From contig JBJEGD010000002.1 in assembly GCA_051874735.1 (NCBI GenBank), positions 1-64,000 of the forward strand: a DNA stretch of 64,000 nucleotides, in the 5' to 3' direction. Made by a program: the position numbers and the translations under genes. Of this stretch, positions 21,968 through 34,488 are shown piece after piece; position 1 is the first letter of the stretch, and the number at the start of each line of letters is the position of its first letter. Below the pieces are notes generated by a model that searched no databases, was not told the origin of the DNA, and saw nothing but the letters and a program-made list of their open reading frames with translations. This DNA comes from Candidatus Bruticola sp. Lineage in GTDB: Bacteria > Vulcanimicrobiota > Xenobia > Xenobiales > Xenobiaceae.

Positions 21968-22832
21968 ACATCTCCTCCAAAAGACGTCTGGCTATGGCGA
22001 TGTCATCGACAGTGGTAATTTTTAAATTGGTATATTCACCCGGCATAACTAAAACCTGTCCGCCGCAACGCTCGACTAAACTGGCATCATCAGTTCCCAG
22101 AAAACCACTAAGCTCTGCTTTTTTATAAGCTTCAATTAAGACGTCAAAATGAAACATTTGCGGAGTTTGAACAGCCTGCAATTCGGAACGCTTTAACGTT
22201 TCGTGAACTCGGCCGAACTGATCAACTCTCTTAATGGTATCCTTCACAGCCACACCAGGAATAACTCCCACTATAGCCTTTTTACCGACTTCAGCTTTCT
22301 TATCTTTTCCCCAGAGACGGCTTTTAGTAAGTTCATCGTAACTTAAAGAGCTGCCCATGTCTAAAGCCCGCTCCAGCTCTAGCCATTCTTGGGAGCTAAA
22401 TTCCTTATCCACATTGTTGCGAGAACTACTGCCGACCAAAGTGCCGCGCAGTAAGCCAGTATAAAGCTCATTTACTAATTTTTCCGAAACTAATGGACGA
22501 GCCCCATCGTGAACAGCCACAAAATTGCAGCCACGGCGGCGCAATACCTGTAAAGCAATATTGATGGAATCTTGACGTTCCTTGCCGCCCTCAATAACGT
22601 CGTAAAGTTTCTGAATATGGTATTCGCGGCACAACTCACGGTAGTCTTCAACACAACTGGCAGAAGCCGTTACAACTATGCAATCTACAAAATCGAGACG
22701 GTTAAACAATTCTAAAGTGTGAACTAAAACTGGCTTATCTCCCAACGGAAGCATAAGCTTATTAATACCTCCCATACGTCTGCTGCTACCAGCGGCAGTA
22801 ATAATCACACTTAGAGACATAATTTTCCACAC
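21960..22832 (-). CDS. ispD: 2-C-methyl-D-erythritol 4-phosphate cytidylyltransferase
   Basis: AAGSSRRMG, GGKERQDS, HDGARP, DTIK, QTPQ, TDDAS and NLKITT motifs; start GTG 22832 or ATG 22820. Confidence 0.92.
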   Translation of the reverse strand: MWKIMSLSVIITAAGSSRRMGGINKLMLPLGDKPVLVHTLELFNRLDFVDCIVVTASASCVEDYRELCREYHIQKLYDVIEGGKERQDSINIALQVLRRRGCNFVAVHDGARPLVSEKLVNELYTGLLRGTLVGSSSRNNVDKEFSSQEWLELERALDMGSSLSYDELTKSRLWGKDKKAEVGKKAIVGVIPGVAVKDTIKRVDQFGRVHETLKRSELQAVQTPQMFHFDVLIEAYKKAELSGFLGTDDASLVERCGGQVLVMPGEYTNLKITTVDDIAIARRLLEEMYV

Positions 22833-22866
22833 ACCTTTACAAAATATAATGGACAGAGTTACTCAT

Positions 22867-23973
22867 TTAAGTAAGGCTATTTTGGTGCACGTTGCTGCCT
22901 TTTTTACCTAAGCAACGACTAAAAAACATGCGGCCGGCTGCAGTCTGTACTACTGACGCTACTTCAACATCGACCGATTCGCCCACATAACGACGTCCAC
23001 CCTCAACAACAATCATGGTACCGTCATCTAAATAGCCCACACCTTGACCGGCTTCTTTACCAGCTTTAATAACTTTTATCGTCATAGTCTCGCCGGCGAT
23101 TACCACCGGTTTTAGAGCGCTGGTCAAAACATTAACATTGAGCACCTTCACTCCCTGAACTGCCGCCACTTTAGCTAAGTTAAAATCGGTAGTGCATAAA
23201 TGAGCAGATAGCTCCAAAGCTAATTGGATCAACTTGGCGTCAACTCCATGTTCCGGGAAATCGCGGTTGATAATTTCAATATCATCAGCTTTGCGCAAGT
23301 CATTGAGAAGATCCAACCCCCGGCGTCCTCTGTTGCGCTTCAACATATCTTCTGAATCGGCCAAAGTTTGCAGCTCCTGCAGAACAAAACGGGGAACAAC
23401 TATAGATCCGTCCAAGAAACCGGATTCACGAAGCATAACGATACGTCCGTCTATAATGACGCTAGTATCAAGCAGAACTATACGGGATACTGGAAGCCCA
23501 CTGGCGGAAACCAATTTGCCCAAACTGTGCACATAAGCAAGCTGACTGCCAAACCAAGTACCTAAGGTGCCCAAAAAAATGGTACTGATAACTATGAACA
23601 TAGGCCCCAAATAATCTCCAATTACAGGAATAGCATTAAAAGAGACCTTTTCCAAAGACAAATTTACAAAAAAAGCGACAATGAGACCGAAAAGAAGACC
23701 TATCGATCCCATAAGGACTTCCTGAACAGGCAGCTTTTTTAAAGTCGAAGCTAAAGCAACCACAGATTTGACCACCAAAGAGGTGCAAACCGGCGCTAAA
23801 ACATAGCCGACCACTACTCCCAGCAGGATCATTGCTACCGAATTGCTCCACAACAATCCTGGAGGCAGCCCCTGAGCAAAAAAGCGCTCAGTATGCGCAG
23901 ACAGACTGTATCCGCACAAACCACCAAAGATTATTAAAATTACGTAAAAAAGCCTAAGTAAAAATTTTTCCAC
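22867..23973 (-). CDS. PIN/TRAM domain membrane protein (YacL family)
   Basis: Four TM helices; LDTSVIIDGRI, RGRRGLD and GVGYLDDGTMIVVE motifs; yacL-ispD gene order. Confidence 0.92.
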   Translation of the reverse strand: MEKFLLRLFYVILIIFGGLCGYSLSAHTERFFAQGLPPGLLWSNSVAMILLGVVVGYVLAPVCTSLVVKSVVALASTLKKLPVQEVLMGSIGLLFGLIVAFFVNLSLEKVSFNAIPVIGDYLGPMFIVISTIFLGTLGTWFGSQLAYVHSLGKLVSASGLPVSRIVLLDTSVIIDGRIVMLRESGFLDGSIVVPRFVLQELQTLADSEDMLKRNRGRRGLDLLNDLRKADDIEIINRDFPEHGVDAKLIQLALELSAHLCTTDFNLAKVAAVQGVKVLNVNVLTSALKPVVIAGETMTIKVIKAGKEAGQGVGYLDDGTMIVVEGGRRYVGESVDVEVASVVQTAAGRMFFSRCLGKKGSNVHQNSLT

Positions 23974-24062
23974 GCAGCAGCATCCATTCTCCCATTAATT
24001 CCCCATTCCTTAAGCAAAGGTTCTGCCCTGCTTAGTACAAAACAGAAAACGATTAGGGAGGT

Positions 24063-24088
24063 CGGCCGAGCTGCCAGCAGCTCGGCCG
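24063..24088. terminator. GC-rich hairpin downstream of argS
   Basis: CGGCCGAGCTGC-CA-GCAGCTCGGCCG inverted repeat; weak U-tract. Confidence 0.45.
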
Positions 24089-24100
24089 GATATCACAATA

Positions 24101-25882
24101 TTACATTCTTTCGACAGTTTTTAAGCCCAGCAATCCTAACCCTAACTGTAAAATACGAGCCGTTTCTGAACATATGGTTAAACGAGAGCCACGGATATCA
24201 GCCTCTGGAGCAGATAAGACGGGACAATTTTCATAGAACTTCATATATAAACCAGACAGATTATATAAGTAATCGCAAAGCAGATTAATTCTCCAGCCAT
24301 CGCTAACTTGAACAATAACCTCATTAAAGCGAGCTAACTGCAGCAGCAAGCGACGCTCGGCAGGATGGGTAATTTTTATCTCTCCTAATTCGAACTGCCC
24401 GGCCTTGCGCACGATAGAACGAATTCTGGCATAAGCATAAAGTAAATAAGGAGCAGTATTGCCCTCCATAGCCAGCATTTTATCAAAACTGAAGACATAA
24501 TCGCTCAGATGATTTTGAGACAGATCGGCATATTTAACAGCTCCAACACCTACAGCTTCAGCGATCTCTTCAATCTCTTCAGGGCTAAAGGTTCTACCTC
24601 CGTCGGTTTGGATATTGCGGCGAGCGCTATCGATAGCTTCCTGAATTAAATCAGCTAGATGGATATTGCGGCCGGCTCTAGTTTTTAAAGGTTTATTATC
24701 CGGTCCCAACACTGATCCGAAGGGAACGTGCTCCAGTTTAGCCCGACCTGCCCAGCCAGCTTTTTCACCGGCCGCAAAAAACATTTTAAAATGCAAGCTT
24801 TGGCGCATATCGGTGGTGTAGATAATCCAATCAGCTTTCAATTCCTGAGTTCGATAGCGCAGACAAGCTAAATCGGTGGTAGCGTAAAGATAGGCACCAT
24901 CAGTTTTCTGTATAATTAAAGGAAGGGCAGCTCCCTCAGGATTGGTAAAAAGCGGCGTGCCGTCTTCATTGTACATAAAAACACAAACAGCACCCTGATT
25001 TTTTACAACCTCCATAGGACGGCTGCCAGCCGGGAAACGCTCTTGGAGATCGGCCACCACTTGCGGCAGCATGGGATTATAAAAGCTTTCACCTACTACG
25101 TCGTCTCTAGTTAACAGTACATTGAGTTTGGCATAAAGTTGGTAAATGTGTTCTAACGACTTATCAACAATACAACGCCAGACCCGCAAAGTTTCGGGAT
25201 CGCCCTGATGAAGAGCGACAACCCTAGCCCTAGACAACTCTCTAAAATGTTCATCGCTTTCAGCTAAAGCCTGACTCTCGCGGTAAATAGCTTCCAGATC
25301 GCTCAAATCGGCGTCTTCGCAATCGACTTTGTTATGATCCATAATCCAGGCACAGAGCAGACCGAACTGGGTACCCCAATCCCCCACGTGGTTATCCCGC
25401 TTAACTTCGTAACCTAAATAACCCAAAATACGGCAGATGGCATCTCCAATAATTGTACTGCGCAAATGGCCTACGTGTAGCTGTTTAGCCACATTAGGAC
25501 AAGAATAATCAACAATAACCTTTTCTTTGCGCTTAGCTGAAGCTGATCCAATGTTGTTCAGCATGCCATTTAATACTTTATCGCGCAGACGAATATTAAC
25601 AAAGCCAGGTCCAGCCACTTCACAAGACTCAATTATATTTTCCTGTCCGCTACTGCAGGCCAGCTTTTTATCAACTTCTATAAAAGCTTCAGCTAACTTC
25701 TGCCCTATTTGACGAGGATTTTGCTTCAGCTTTTTAGATAACCCCATGGCAGCGTTGCACTGATAGTCGCCGTGCTTTTCGTCTTTGGTAGGCATAAGCA
25801 AAGGCAGAGCATTATCAAGTTCCAAGCTCTCTTTTATAGCTAAAGTGATAATATTTTCTAGTTGAGCCGCTAAAGTGATCAC
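24101..25882 (-). CDS. argS: arginine--tRNA ligase
   Basis: HGDYQCN, PNVAKQLHVGHLRSTIIGD, GDWGTQFG, KYADL and GNTAPYLLYAYAR motifs; GTG 25882 follows GAGAGG (ORF track start 25897). Confidence 0.96.
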   Translation of the reverse strand: MITLAAQLENIITLAIKESLELDNALPLLMPTKDEKHGDYQCNAAMGLSKKLKQNPRQIGQKLAEAFIEVDKKLACSSGQENIIESCEVAGPGFVNIRLRDKVLNGMLNNIGSASAKRKEKVIVDYSCPNVAKQLHVGHLRSTIIGDAICRILGYLGYEVKRDNHVGDWGTQFGLLCAWIMDHNKVDCEDADLSDLEAIYRESQALAESDEHFRELSRARVVALHQGDPETLRVWRCIVDKSLEHIYQLYAKLNVLLTRDDVVGESFYNPMLPQVVADLQERFPAGSRPMEVVKNQGAVCVFMYNEDGTPLFTNPEGAALPLIIQKTDGAYLYATTDLACLRYRTQELKADWIIYTTDMRQSLHFKMFFAAGEKAGWAGRAKLEHVPFGSVLGPDNKPLKTRAGRNIHLADLIQEAIDSARRNIQTDGGRTFSPEEIEEIAEAVGVGAVKYADLSQNHLSDYVFSFDKMLAMEGNTAPYLLYAYARIRSIVRKAGQFELGEIKITHPAERRLLLQLARFNEVIVQVSDGWRINLLCDYLYNLSGLYMKFYENCPVLSAPEADIRGSRLTICSETARILQLGLGLLGLKTVERM

Positions 25883-26236
25883 AGCAATACCTCTCAAAAA
25901 GGGTCAAAAATTAATAAAAAAAACTAATAATAGGAATTTGCAGTTTTTTTCTTAGTACATATTTTACCTCCTTCCTGCTAATTCCCATTTGCCGCCGCAG
26001 CTACTCAAGACCTTATCTGTCTAAATGCTAACCAAAAATAGGCCTTTTAGAACTAAGCCTTTATCATTCTTGACCTCATATGTCTTTATTGATAAACTGA
26101 AAAGTCCAGGTAATTCAAATAGACAAAGTTATCTTATTTGTTAGAGCTTTTATAGATAAGCTTACATTATCTTCAAGATAAAACTGCTATTTTTGCTGAT
26201 GTATTTTTGCTGTTTTCTTAACTTGAGGTATTATTT

Positions 26237-27505
26237 ATGCAATTTTTTAAGACTATGTTTAGAGCTCTGAAGCATAAAAATTACCGATATTTTTTTGTTG
26301 GCCAAATTTTTTCGCTTTTAGGCATGTGGATGCAAAGTTTGGCTCTATCTTGGTTAATTTTCAGTATAACTGGTTCACATCAAGCTTTAGGCTTAGTAAA
26401 CTTTTGCAACCAGCTGCCCGTACTTTGTTTAGTTGTATTTGGCGGTATAATAGCCGACAAATTCAATAAACGTTCCATTTTATTGCGCACCCAGGCTACT
26501 TGCATGGTACTAGCTTCAGCCTTGGCAGCTTTAACCATATTAGGAACTCCTAAAGTATGGCACCTGTACATATTTGCTTTTCTCTTCGGTCTGACACAGG
26601 CTTTTGATATGCCGGCCCGCCAAGCTTTAGTGGTAGAATTAGTCGGCAAAGAAGATTTATCTAACGCTATAGTGCTTAATTCTTCAATAGTTAATGGTAC
26701 CCGCTTAATCGGGCCGGCCGTGGCAGGAGTGATAGTCGATCTACTCGGTGAAGGTTGGTGTTTTGCCGTTAATGCAGCTAGCTATATAGGTGTTATTTCG
26801 GGCTTGCTAGCTATCAACTTAACTGATAAAGCTGCGGCTCACTCAGCAGATCCTATACAGAGTTTAAAAGAAGGTTTTAACTTTATTGTTAGCAGTTTTC
26901 CCTTAACTGCTCTCCTTTTTATGCTTGGCTCTCTGAGTTTGCTTTGCAGCGCTCAAGTCGTTATGATGCCAGCAGTGGCTAAAGAAGTATTACACGGTCA
27001 GGCCAACACTATGGGTATACTGATGTCCGCTTCAGGTATAGGAGCCTTAATTGGTGCTCTCATTTTGGCGACCAAAAAATCTACCCAAGGTATGGAAAAA
27101 TTAATTGCCTTCTGTATGATTTTATGCGGCATTTGCTTTATTCTTTTCGGAAACTCGACAAATTTGCTGTGGTCAATTATGTTAATGCTGCCAACAGGCT
27201 TCAGTATTATGGGACAGATGGCCTCTTCTAACACTTTGATCCAAAGTTTAGTTCCAGATCGAATGCGAGGGAGAATTATGTCCTTCCACGCCATGATGTT
27301 CATGGGAGGCGCCCCTATAGGAGCCCTACTCTCCGGCGTCTGTGCCGACAAATTTGGCATAGCGGCTACTTTTACCTTAGCTGGCCTCTGCATGATAAGT
27401 ATAGGAACTGCCTTTTGCTTTGTACTGCGCCGTTACAGAATTTTAGCAGCCAGACAGCTCAGTCTGACTGAACGTTTGAATGTACTACAGAGCAGTACAA
27501 TATAA
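26237..27505 (+). CDS. MFS transporter
   Basis: About 12 TM helices; GGIIADKF, FDMPARQA and MRGRIMS motifs. Confidence 0.9.
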   Translation: MQFFKTMFRALKHKNYRYFFVGQIFSLLGMWMQSLALSWLIFSITGSHQALGLVNFCNQLPVLCLVVFGGIIADKFNKRSILLRTQATCMVLASALAALTILGTPKVWHLYIFAFLFGLTQAFDMPARQALVVELVGKEDLSNAIVLNSSIVNGTRLIGPAVAGVIVDLLGEGWCFAVNAASYIGVISGLLAINLTDKAAAHSADPIQSLKEGFNFIVSSFPLTALLFMLGSLSLLCSAQVVMMPAVAKEVLHGQANTMGILMSASGIGALIGALILATKKSTQGMEKLIAFCMILCGICFILFGNSTNLLWSIMLMLPTGFSIMGQMASSNTLIQSLVPDRMRGRIMSFHAMMFMGGAPIGALLSGVCADKFGIAATFTLAGLCMISIGTAFCFVLRRYRILAARQLSLTERLNVLQSSTI

Positions 27506-27617
27506 GCCGACAATTCACGCTTTCCATTAAAACCGGATAACTCCCCAACCCCATCTACTTCCCAGTAAATTAAATAGTCGCAGCTGTGTTTGTCGGCGGT
27601 ACAATAAATAGGATTTT

Positions 27618-30600
27618 TCAAGACAACCTTGTGGTAGAAGCCTTGAATTCGGCAATTCCAAGTCCGAAGTACTTTTCAAAGAAGGCTTTCAGTTTTTCAA
27701 TAACGCCTTGCTTCTTTTGGGCTCTGCCGCCACCGCCGAAGCGTGATACAGGAGGCAAAAGTTTGTCGATCTCCATTCCCGTCGTTTTCAAGGCTCCGTC
27801 ACGGAACGCATTGGCAACAAACTTTCTGGTTTCTTCAGGCTTCAACTTTTCACTCGTAATAATTTTGGTTAAGTCAGTTTCTTCCTGTTCCAGAACGAAC
27901 CGACGCCAGTCGGTAGTAACCTGAGTATCAACATTAACATGGCTAATAAAAGCTTCGATAAGTTCTTTTTTACTGCGGAGCTGTATACTGGCATCAACCG
28001 CTTTGCGAATGGAAGTAAGTATTTCTTTATCCTCGCAGTTGCCTTCGTGGTATTTCTCAACCAGCATTAGTATATAGTCGATATTAATTTCTACTTGCTT
28101 GATAAGCTCAATTTCAAATTCAATATCGTCCGTAATATCTTCTTTTTCTACATCGCTTTTTTGGCGGTACTTGTCATAAAGATCAAGATAAATACTTTGA
28201 TAATTCTGCAAATCTCTTGCGGCGATACTGTCTAATTCTGCGAACTGATCGAAAGATGAGAGGATATTTCTCATACTGAGGATAGTACCGAACAGCTTAA
28301 TAAAATCTTTCTCTGCCCGCTCTCCGACAATCTGAGCACTAAGAGGATATTCCGTTGCCAATTTTTCCAGCAGATCGATATAACCAGGATGATACTTGCC
28401 GTCGTTGTCCTCGTAGCCATTCCAATAATCGTTAAAACTCTTCAAAAGAACTATGCCGCTTGCGTTCTTATCGCCAAAGAGGGCGATCGCATCATCTGTA
28501 GCTTTCTGCAAATCACGGAAGCAAACGATATTGCCGTAAGTTTTGACAGAGTTCAGAATACGATTAGTTCTGGAATAGGCTTGAATCAGTCCGTGCATTT
28601 TCAGATTTTTGTCTACCCACAGGGTATTGAGAGTTGTAGCATCAAACCCCGTGAGGAACATATTTACGACAATTAGCAGATCGACTTCGCGGTTCTTCAC
28701 TCGCATAGACAAGTCTTTATAGTAGTTCTGGAACTTATCGGAAGAAGTGTCAAAGTTGGTATTAAACGAAGCGTTGTAGTCTTGAATTGCACTTTCCAAG
28801 AAATCACGGGAATTCTGATCTAGGGCATCGGTGTCGAAACCTTCCTCCTGTAGCACATCTTCGGGATCTTCTTCATTGGCGGCGTAGCTAAAAATTGTAG
28901 CAATCGTAAATTGACGGTGGCTCTGAATAATTTGCCTCTGAAACTCCTTGTAATACTTCATGGCCATAGGAATTGAACTTACAGCGAACATAGCGTTGAA
29001 GCCGGCCATGCGTTTACCTTGCAAAGAGTAGAAGCTGTTGCGTTTGGTTTTTTGGTCGAAATGCTCTAGCGTATAGTTGACGATTTCGCGAATGCGCTCC
29101 GGCGCCCCCATCGCCTTTTCAATATCAATAGCGGAGACATTTTTGTCCTTGATGTCATCTTTTTCCTTTACCGTGTTTACATAGTCGATGCGGAAAGGAA
29201 GAACATTTCCATCATTGATAGCATCTACAATCGTGTAAGTGTGGAGCTGGTCGCCAAAGGTCTGCGGGGTGGTCAGCATTTCCATATGCTTGCCTTTGCC
29301 GACATTGGCAGCAAAAATCGGTGTGCCAGTAAATCCGAACAGATGATATTTCTTAAACGCCTTGACAATCTTGGCGTGCATGTCTCCAAATTGGCTGCGG
29401 TGGCACTCGTCAAAGATAATAACGCAATGCTTGTTAAACACTTCATGCCCTTTGTTCTTGGTCACGAAGTTATCTAACTTCTGAATAGTCGTAATAATAA
29501 TTTTATATCGATGAAAAACGCCTTTTTCGTCCCTATCCTCGAGCTGTCTCTGCAATACTCTGGTAGAGGCATTGCTGTTGGCAGAGCCTTTTTCGAAGCG
29601 GTCATATTCTTTCATAGTCTGATAGTCAAGATCTTTTCTATCGACTACAAATAAGACCTTATCTACATAAGGAAGTACACAAGCAAGCTGGGCGGTCTTA
29701 AAAGAGGTTAGCGTTTTTCCGCTACCTGTGGTATGCCAGATATAACCTCCGGCCTCAATCGTTCCCATCTTCTTGTAGTTGGTCGAAACCTCGATGCGGT
29801 TCAAAATACGCTCGGTGGCCGCAATCTGATAGGGACGCATAACCATGAGAATTTCTTCCGTTGTAAAAACACAATACTTTGTCAACACATTCAGAATAGT
29901 GTGTTTAGCTAGGAATGTTTTTGTGAAATCGATAAGGTCAGCAATTGACTTATTGTTGCCGTCTGCCCAGAAAGAAGTAAACTCAAAGCTGTGGCTTGTT
30001 TTCTTCGATTTCTGTTTGGCAGATTCGCCCATTTCCTTAATGTGGCTGCTTCTAGTGGTATTGGAATAATATTTGGTATGCGTTCCGTTGGAGATAATGA
30101 AAATCTGCACATACTCATACAAGCCGCTGGCAGCCCAAAAGCTATCACGTTGATAGCGTTTAATCTGGTTAAAAGCTTCACGTATGGCCACGCCACGGCG
30201 TTTCAGTTCCACATGAACTAAGGGCAGACCATTGACAAGGATAGTCACATCATAGCGATTATCATAATTGCCGCTAGTTTCTATATACTGGTTGATAACT
30301 TGTAAGCGGTTATTGTGGATATTCTTTTTGTCTATAAGCTGAATATTCTTGGAAGTTCCATCATCGCGGCGGAGCGTCTTTACATGGTCAGTCTGTATGG
30401 TGCGGTTTTTTTCAGCAATGCCCTCATTAACATTGGCTAGGGTTTCCGTAAAGAAACGTTTCCACTCATTTTCAGTAAAGACGTAATTATTCAAAAGTTC
30501 CAACTGCCGTCTGAGGTTGGCAATTAGACCGTTTTCGTTATGGATAGGAAGGTACTCATATCCCTGCGCAGTCAGCAGACGGATAAATTCTTTTTCAAGG

Positions 30601-30701
30601 GCTGCTTCACTCTGGAAACTTTCGGAGCGTGAACTCTCCGGCGTATATTCAGCGACAACGGTACTTTCATCACTGGCGGAGATAATGTTGTAAGTGCTCA
30701 T
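27618..30701 (-). CDS. hsdR: type I restriction enzyme R subunit (EcoR124I-like, type IC)
   Basis: RYDVTILVNGLPLVHVELK nuclease motif; HTTGSGKT, DECH, FTGTP, LTGFD and QAYSRTNR helicase motifs. Confidence 0.96.
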   Translation of the reverse strand: MSTYNIISASDESTVVAEYTPESSRSESFQSEAALEKEFIRLLTAQGYEYLPIHNENGLIANLRRQLELLNNYVFTENEWKRFFTETLANVNEGIAEKNRTIQTDHVKTLRRDDGTSKNIQLIDKKNIHNNRLQVINQYIETSGNYDNRYDVTILVNGLPLVHVELKRRGVAIREAFNQIKRYQRDSFWAASGLYEYVQIFIISNGTHTKYYSNTTRSSHIKEMGESAKQKSKKTSHSFEFTSFWADGNNKSIADLIDFTKTFLAKHTILNVLTKYCVFTTEEILMVMRPYQIAATERILNRIEVSTNYKKMGTIEAGGYIWHTTGSGKTLTSFKTAQLACVLPYVDKVLFVVDRKDLDYQTMKEYDRFEKGSANSNASTRVLQRQLEDRDEKGVFHRYKIIITTIQKLDNFVTKNKGHEVFNKHCVIIFDECHRSQFGDMHAKIVKAFKKYHLFGFTGTPIFAANVGKGKHMEMLTTPQTFGDQLHTYTIVDAINDGNVLPFRIDYVNTVKEKDDIKDKNVSAIDIEKAMGAPERIREIVNYTLEHFDQKTKRNSFYSLQGKRMAGFNAMFAVSSIPMAMKYYKEFQRQIIQSHRQFTIATIFSYAANEEDPEDVLQEEGFDTDALDQNSRDFLESAIQDYNASFNTNFDTSSDKFQNYYKDLSMRVKNREVDLLIVVNMFLTGFDATTLNTLWVDKNLKMHGLIQAYSRTNRILNSVKTYGNIVCFRDLQKATDDAIALFGDKNASGIVLLKSFNDYWNGYEDNDGKYHPGYIDLLEKLATEYPLSAQIVGERAEKDFIKLFGTILSMRNILSSFDQFAELDSIAARDLQNYQSIYLDLYDKYRQKSDVEKEDITDDIEFEIELIKQVEINIDYILMLVEKYHEGNCEDKEILTSIRKAVDASIQLRSKKELIEAFISHVNVDTQVTTDWRRFVLEQEETDLTKIITSEKLKPEETRKFVANAFRDGALKTTGMEIDKLLPPVSRFGGGGRAQKKQGVIEKLKAFFEKYFGLGIAEFKASTTRLS

Positions 30702-30722
30702 GCGCTATCCTTATTCATTGTT

Positions 30723-31978
<1,256 letters not shown>

Positions 31979-31982
<4 letters not shown>

Positions 31983-33547
31983 ATGCCTCCCTCAATTTCC
32001 GCAATAATTTTGTTTATTTCTGCACGAAGCACATTTTCACGAGCAACTATTCTCTCAATCTCGGCATTGAGCTTCACTATATCTATTTTCTCTCTGGTGT
32101 CCTCTGCTTCAACATAGGTGGACACAGAAAGGTTGTAGTCATTTTCTGAAATTTCCTCATAACTTGCCAAATAGGAAAAATGTGCTTTATCCGCACGGGC
32201 AGCAAAGGTGGAAACAATACGGTCAATATTCTCCGCAGTCAGCTTGTTGTTATTGGTAACCTTAATACACTCATTGGAAGCATCGATAAACAGAGTTTTG
32301 TTATCGGACTTGCCTTTTTTCAAAACCATAATACAGGTGGCAATGGAAGTGCCGAAAAATAAATTGCTCGGCAACTGAATAATGCAGTCAATAAAATTAT
32401 TGTCAATTAGATATTTTCTGATTTTCTGCTCTGCGCCACCACGGTACATAATACCGGGGAAACAAACGATAGCGGCCGTGCCGTTGGTATCCAGCCAAGA
32501 AAGAGAGTGCATAATAAAAGCCAGGTCCGCTCTCGACTTGGGCGCCAACACGCCGGCCGGAGAAAAACGATGGTCATTAATCAGCAGCTGATTATCATTG
32601 CCAGCCCACTTGATAGAGTAAGGGGGATTGGAAACTATCAATTCAAAAGGTTGATCATCCCAATGCTGCGGTGCGGTCAAAGTGTCTTCGCAGGCGATGT
32701 CGAATTTATCGAACCCCACATCGTGCAGAAACATATTAATACGACACAGATTATAAGTAGTAATGTTAATTTCTTGTCCGTAAAAGCCGTTTCTGACGGC
32801 ATCTTTGCCGAGAATCTTTTCCGCTTTCAAGAGCAGGGAACCAGAGCCGCACGCAGGGTCATAGACCTTATTTATTTCAGTTTTGCCGACTGTACCAAGT
32901 CTGGTAAGCAGTTCAGAAACGTCAGCAGGAGTAAAAAATTCACCGCCAGATTTACCTGCATTCGATGCATACATGGTCATCAGATATTCATAGGCGTCAC
33001 CGAAGGCGTCAATGTCATGATCTTTTACATGGCCAAGGTTCATATCGGCGACGCCATGTAGAAGTTTAGCCAGACGTTCGTTTCTTTTAGCAACGGTAGA
33101 ACCTAGTTTGTTGCTATTTACGTCAAAATCATCGAACAGTCCGGCGAAGCTACTTTCAGAGGACGAACCTTTGGCAGAGGCTTCGATATGATGGAACACA
33201 CGTTCTAAAGTTTCATTTAAATTTTCATCATTGTCTGCTCTGAAATTTACATTGCAGAATAGCTCAGACGGCAGAATAAAAAAGCCTTTTTCTTCAACTA
33301 GCCCCTCACGGGCTTCCTCTGCTTCATTGTCGGCCATCGTTACATAATCGAAATCAGTATTACCGGCTTCATGTTCTCCGGCATTGATATAGTCGGCCAA
33401 ATTCTCAGAAATATATCGGTAAAACATGGTGCCAAGGACATAATTCTTAAAGTCCCAACCATCTACGGCACCACGAAGCTCATCTGCGATTGCCCATATG
33501 GCACGGTGCAGCTCATCGCGCTCTTGCTCTTTCTTTTTATCAACCAT
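31979..33547 (-). CDS. hsdM: type I restriction-modification N6-adenine methyltransferase
   Basis: [23 protein letters not shown] and NPPY motifs; probable ATG 33547 (ORF track start 33628). Confidence 0.96.
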
Positions 33548-33831
33548 GGCGTTCCCGCTCTTGTTTATCAGGTCTAAATTCCAGAATGTCGTCCACGCTA
33601 CAATCAAGGGCTGAGCAAATTTTTTCAATACTACCTAACGCCACATGGCTGCCACGCTTCAATCTGGCCATAATATTTGCACTAAAGCGGCTTTTTTCCC
33701 CCATTAAGCATGTAGTTTATTACTACGCTACGTTATGCTCTCTTTAAAGAAAAAGGCTGGCCACAACGGGCCAACCTCTCATAAAGGCTATTTAATTATC
33801 TAATTTAAGAGCCACACTGAATCCTAAAATT

Positions 33832-34362
33832 TTATTGCTTGTTGTCACTCTTGCTGCCGTCGGCTTCTGGCTGGACTGAAGCGCAGAATTTACATTTTCT
33901 CGCTCCTATAGGAATTTCACTCAGACATTCAGGACAAGTTTTTACCGTAGGTGTAGCTTTTTCTTTAGCCTCTTTCTTAGCTGTTACCATGGCAACAACC
34001 TTAATTAGCAAGAACAAACAGAAACCGATAATTAAGAAGTTAATTACCTCATTAATAAAACTTCCGTACGCAATAACCGGAATTCCCTTAGCGCGCACTT
34101 GAGCCAGAGGCAAGCTCATTAGATGCTGCATCGTTTCAAGTCCCTCGCCAGGGTTTAGGAACTTACTAGGATCAGTAATTAAAGGAATATGCAAATCAGC
34201 GAAATTTAAGTGCCCCATCAAAACACCAATGGGAGGCATAATAATATCGCTAGTTAGAGAAGATACTATTTTACCAAAAGCGCCACCGATAATAACACCG
34301 ACAGACATATCTAGAACATTGCCTCTGGCAATAAAATTTTTAAATTCATTTATAAAGCCCAT
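33832..34362 (-). CDS. mscL: large-conductance mechanosensitive channel with C-terminal zinc ribbon
   Basis: EFKNFIARGNVLDMSVGVIIGGAFGKIV, YGSFI and CPEC...CKFC motifs. Confidence 0.93.
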   Translation of the reverse strand: MGFINEFKNFIARGNVLDMSVGVIIGGAFGKIVSSLTSDIIMPPIGVLMGHLNFADLHIPLITDPSKFLNPGEGLETMQHLMSLPLAQVRAKGIPVIAYGSFINEVINFLIIGFCLFLLIKVVAMVTAKKEAKEKATPTVKTCPECLSEIPIGARKCKFCASVQPEADGSKSDNKQ

Positions 34363-34488
34363 AATTATTAACAACCAACTTAATTAAATAGTGTTCAAAC
34401 AAAAAAACAAAAAAATACATTCCGCCTCTGATAACAGCCGACGCATACCTGCCGACTAAATATAGAGACGGAATGCACTATACCAAAG

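Noticed and set aside
33860-33940. Zinc ribbon at the MscL C-terminus
   Set aside because: A known MscL variant, not novel
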